Shown: positions 61,771-64,000 of the stretch, piece by piece
Layout of the letters: each line of letters starts with the position of its first letter
How positions within the stretch are numbered: position 1 is the stretch's first letter
Source of the DNA: Plasmodiophora brassicae
Lineage: Eukaryota
Direction: 5' to 3'
Assembly: GCA_036867785.1 (NCBI GenBank)
Contig: CP145410.1
Coordinates: forward strand, 1,426,001-1,490,000
Length of the DNA stretch: 64,000 nucleotides
Made by a program: the position numbers and the translations under genes
Notes under the pieces: model-generated
Told to the model about the DNA's origin: nothing
The model's database searches: none
Seen by the model: only the letters and a program-made list of their open reading frames with translations

Positions 61771-62903
61771 ATGCAGGCACGATCGCCGTCCGTTCCGGAG
61801 CGCCTAGCGATGCTCGTGTCGCAATCGGTGAAGCGGAGTCGGCGCTCCACTTGTCCAGCGACGCCCGTGATGATGGCACTGTTGGCCGTATCATTGCTGC
61901 TGACTGGCATATTCCTCTGGGTAAGCATGAAGCGGTTAAGTCCAGGTCTAGCAATTGGCGAAACAGGCCCTCAAACGGTGCACCTGCGAGATATCTGCCT
62001 GGGCATGGCCGCTCGACTGACCCCTGTGGAGCTGACCGCCTTTGTGTCATCGTTCCGCCAAGTTGCTCCTAGTGCCGATGCGCGACTGGTCCTGTTCACC
62101 GACGTCGATTCCATGCCGACCGCATCGCCCATTGCCGACGCGTACAACGCCGAGTTGGTCGTATTCAACGACGATGATCTGCAACCGCCTGCAATACGGT
62201 CGTTCCACCCGTCGAACTATCGCTGGTTCGTCATCCGCCAGTGGTTAACCGAACATGGCGATCGGCTGGATCCATCGTCCCGCATCCTGCTTGCCGACGT
62301 TCGCGACACGTTCTTCCAGCGAAACCCGTTCGACATCGTCGGCGAGCAGCAAGGCCTGTGGGCAACGCTGGAAGCAGGCGGGCCGATTGCCGGCGTACGT
62401 TCAGGGGATTGTATGCAACAATGGTGGACACCTGACTGTGATCGTTGATGTGCTAATAGTGTGGGTGGAATCGCGGCTGGGTGCAGGACTGCTTCGGTCC
62501 AGGTGTGCTGACCGACGTAGCGTCCAAGACGATATCCTGCTCAGGCATCACCCTGGGCACCATGCGGGCCGTCGTGGAGTACGTCCACCGTATGACGGCG
62601 GAGCTCGAACGACGATCCTCCTGTGAGCGCAACGGCGTTGATCAAGGTGTCCACAATGTCCTCGTGTGGACCGGCGATATGGCCGACGTGCACCTGGTTC
62701 GTCCGGATGAGGGCCAGGTTGCCAACATCCAATCGATGGGCGCCGACCAGGCTGTTATTGTCAATGGGCGCGTTGTGGCGGGTCGGCACCCGGACCGAGT
62801 CCCGTTCGCCATTGTGCACCAGTACGACCGACGACAGGAGCTGAAAGACCTGTTCTGGTCGGGACTGCCTGGTACTTCTCCAGGTCGTCGACACCGGCAA
62901 TAA
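61771..62903 (+). CDS. Type II membrane glycosyltransferase-like (GT-A) protein, copy 2
   Basis: Paralog of 59930-61057 with the same motifs and intron position (62395-62459). Confidence 0.8.
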
Positions 62904-62938
62904 ACTCTCAGCATGGGCGAATGTATATGGGATTGCGG

Positions 62939-64000
62939 TCAGTGTTGGTGCATGGAAGGCAGGCGTCGGCGAGCAGCCGTCCATGACCGGGCCCGGGATA
63001 GCGATACAGTTGTTGCCGATCTTGACAACGTCTGCTTGTCAAGGTGACGATCCAGTATGAGGCAAGCCGTGGCTGGTCTTGGCATGGTGGCCTGTTGCAG
63101 AGATGCTCCCTCTGGTCCTGCCACAACGGTGTCTTCGTCCTGTGCGACGACGACTTTCTCTACGCGTTCAATGACGGCCTGGGCGGCTCCAGATCCCGCC
63201 CACGACAGGGCGACCGTGAGCGCCTCCTGGAACTGGCGCAGGTGCAGCGATTTCTCGTCGTTGTCGAACTTTAATGTTTCAACCTGCTGGCGCAGCTCGT
63301 CGACCTGCTTCTGCAGCCTATCAGGTTAATACGATGCCCTTAGATCGTCCCTGCTGCAGCGCAACGTTGCATGCGTGCTAACCTGGCGACGACGTGGTCT
63401 GTGGCCATGGACCCCAAGCGCAGGCGCGACTTGGCCATTCCAGTCTGTGTGGATCCGGCCGCTTGCCTACTGCCAGGGGGACACCCATATGAGGGTGGTC
63501 GCTGATTCTGCTTCTGCTGCTGCTTCTGGTGCTGCTGCGGGAGCGTCGCATCGGTCTGGTCCGTGCTGGCGTGCAAGGCCATTCGCAGGTCATTGATTTG
63601 CCTATCAGGCGGCGGCAGGGGCACCGGTCAGCATCCCGGCCCCGAGTGTTTGGACGCCGTCTCTTACGCGATAAGTTGGCGGTTCTCCCCGATACGCTTG
63701 CTGTTGTCAACCTTAGCCGCATGCCGATCGGCCTGCATCTTGCGCTCCAGAATCGCCAGGCTCCGCTGCAGGGTCAGGCGCTGACGCTCCACCTCCATCT
63801 GCTCCGCCGTTTTCCCCTGCCGCTGGCGCTCGTCGTCATCCGGCCACAATTCGTTGTCGGTCTCGCCAGGTGCGATTCGACGTTGCGTCGCCCCCGCGTC
63901 GCCGGTACCGTCCAGGTGGAAGGCCTTGCATCTGCACCGTATTGTTCAGTTGCGGCGTCGCACCATGCTGCCATTGGTCGGTGGTACATGCGATGCAGGT
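62939..64000 (-). CDS. C-terminus of a coiled-coil protein, CFAP57/WDR65-like (partial, continues beyond window)
   Basis: EVERQRLTLQRSLAILERKMQAD..KRIGENRQLIA spliced to QINDLR resembles the CFAP57 C-terminal RQRE.LE..EN..LI.EIN.LR pattern. Confidence 0.55.

Overview
Gene-dense, GC-rich eukaryotic DNA with short (~50-70 nt) GT-AG introns and very short intergenic spacers. The flagellar genes (outer-arm dynein heavy chain, CFAP57-like) and overall style suggest a zoosporic protist, most plausibly a phytomyxid such as Plasmodiophora; this is an inference. Recognisable housekeeping genes are VPS51, a CorA/Alr Mg transporter, ABHD11, CDC73, dynein heavy chain, LTA4H, mS33, MSH4, APC4, CNOT11, ARPC4, eIF3a and two PPR proteins. 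Features not visible in the ORF track: (1) an atypical ~195-nt U1 snRNA (15830-16024, minus) with a USE/TATA-like promoter; (2) a complete hAT transposon (37443-40151) with 11-bp TIRs and a perfect 8-bp TSD, 42 bp upstream of the mS33 start; (3) one end of a CACTG-type CACTA transposon that truncates a Myb/NAM-associated ORF; (4) an unidentified ~400-nt highly structured non-coding stretch (36050-36460). Unusual proteins: a bacterial-style TIR domain with a C-terminal membrane anchor, an intronless plant-like F-box/PP2-lectin gene, a 7TM receptor-like protein, and a tandem glycosyltransferase-like pair with a decayed third copy. All calls come from motif recognition by eye; no searches were run, and exon boundaries are approximate unless stated.
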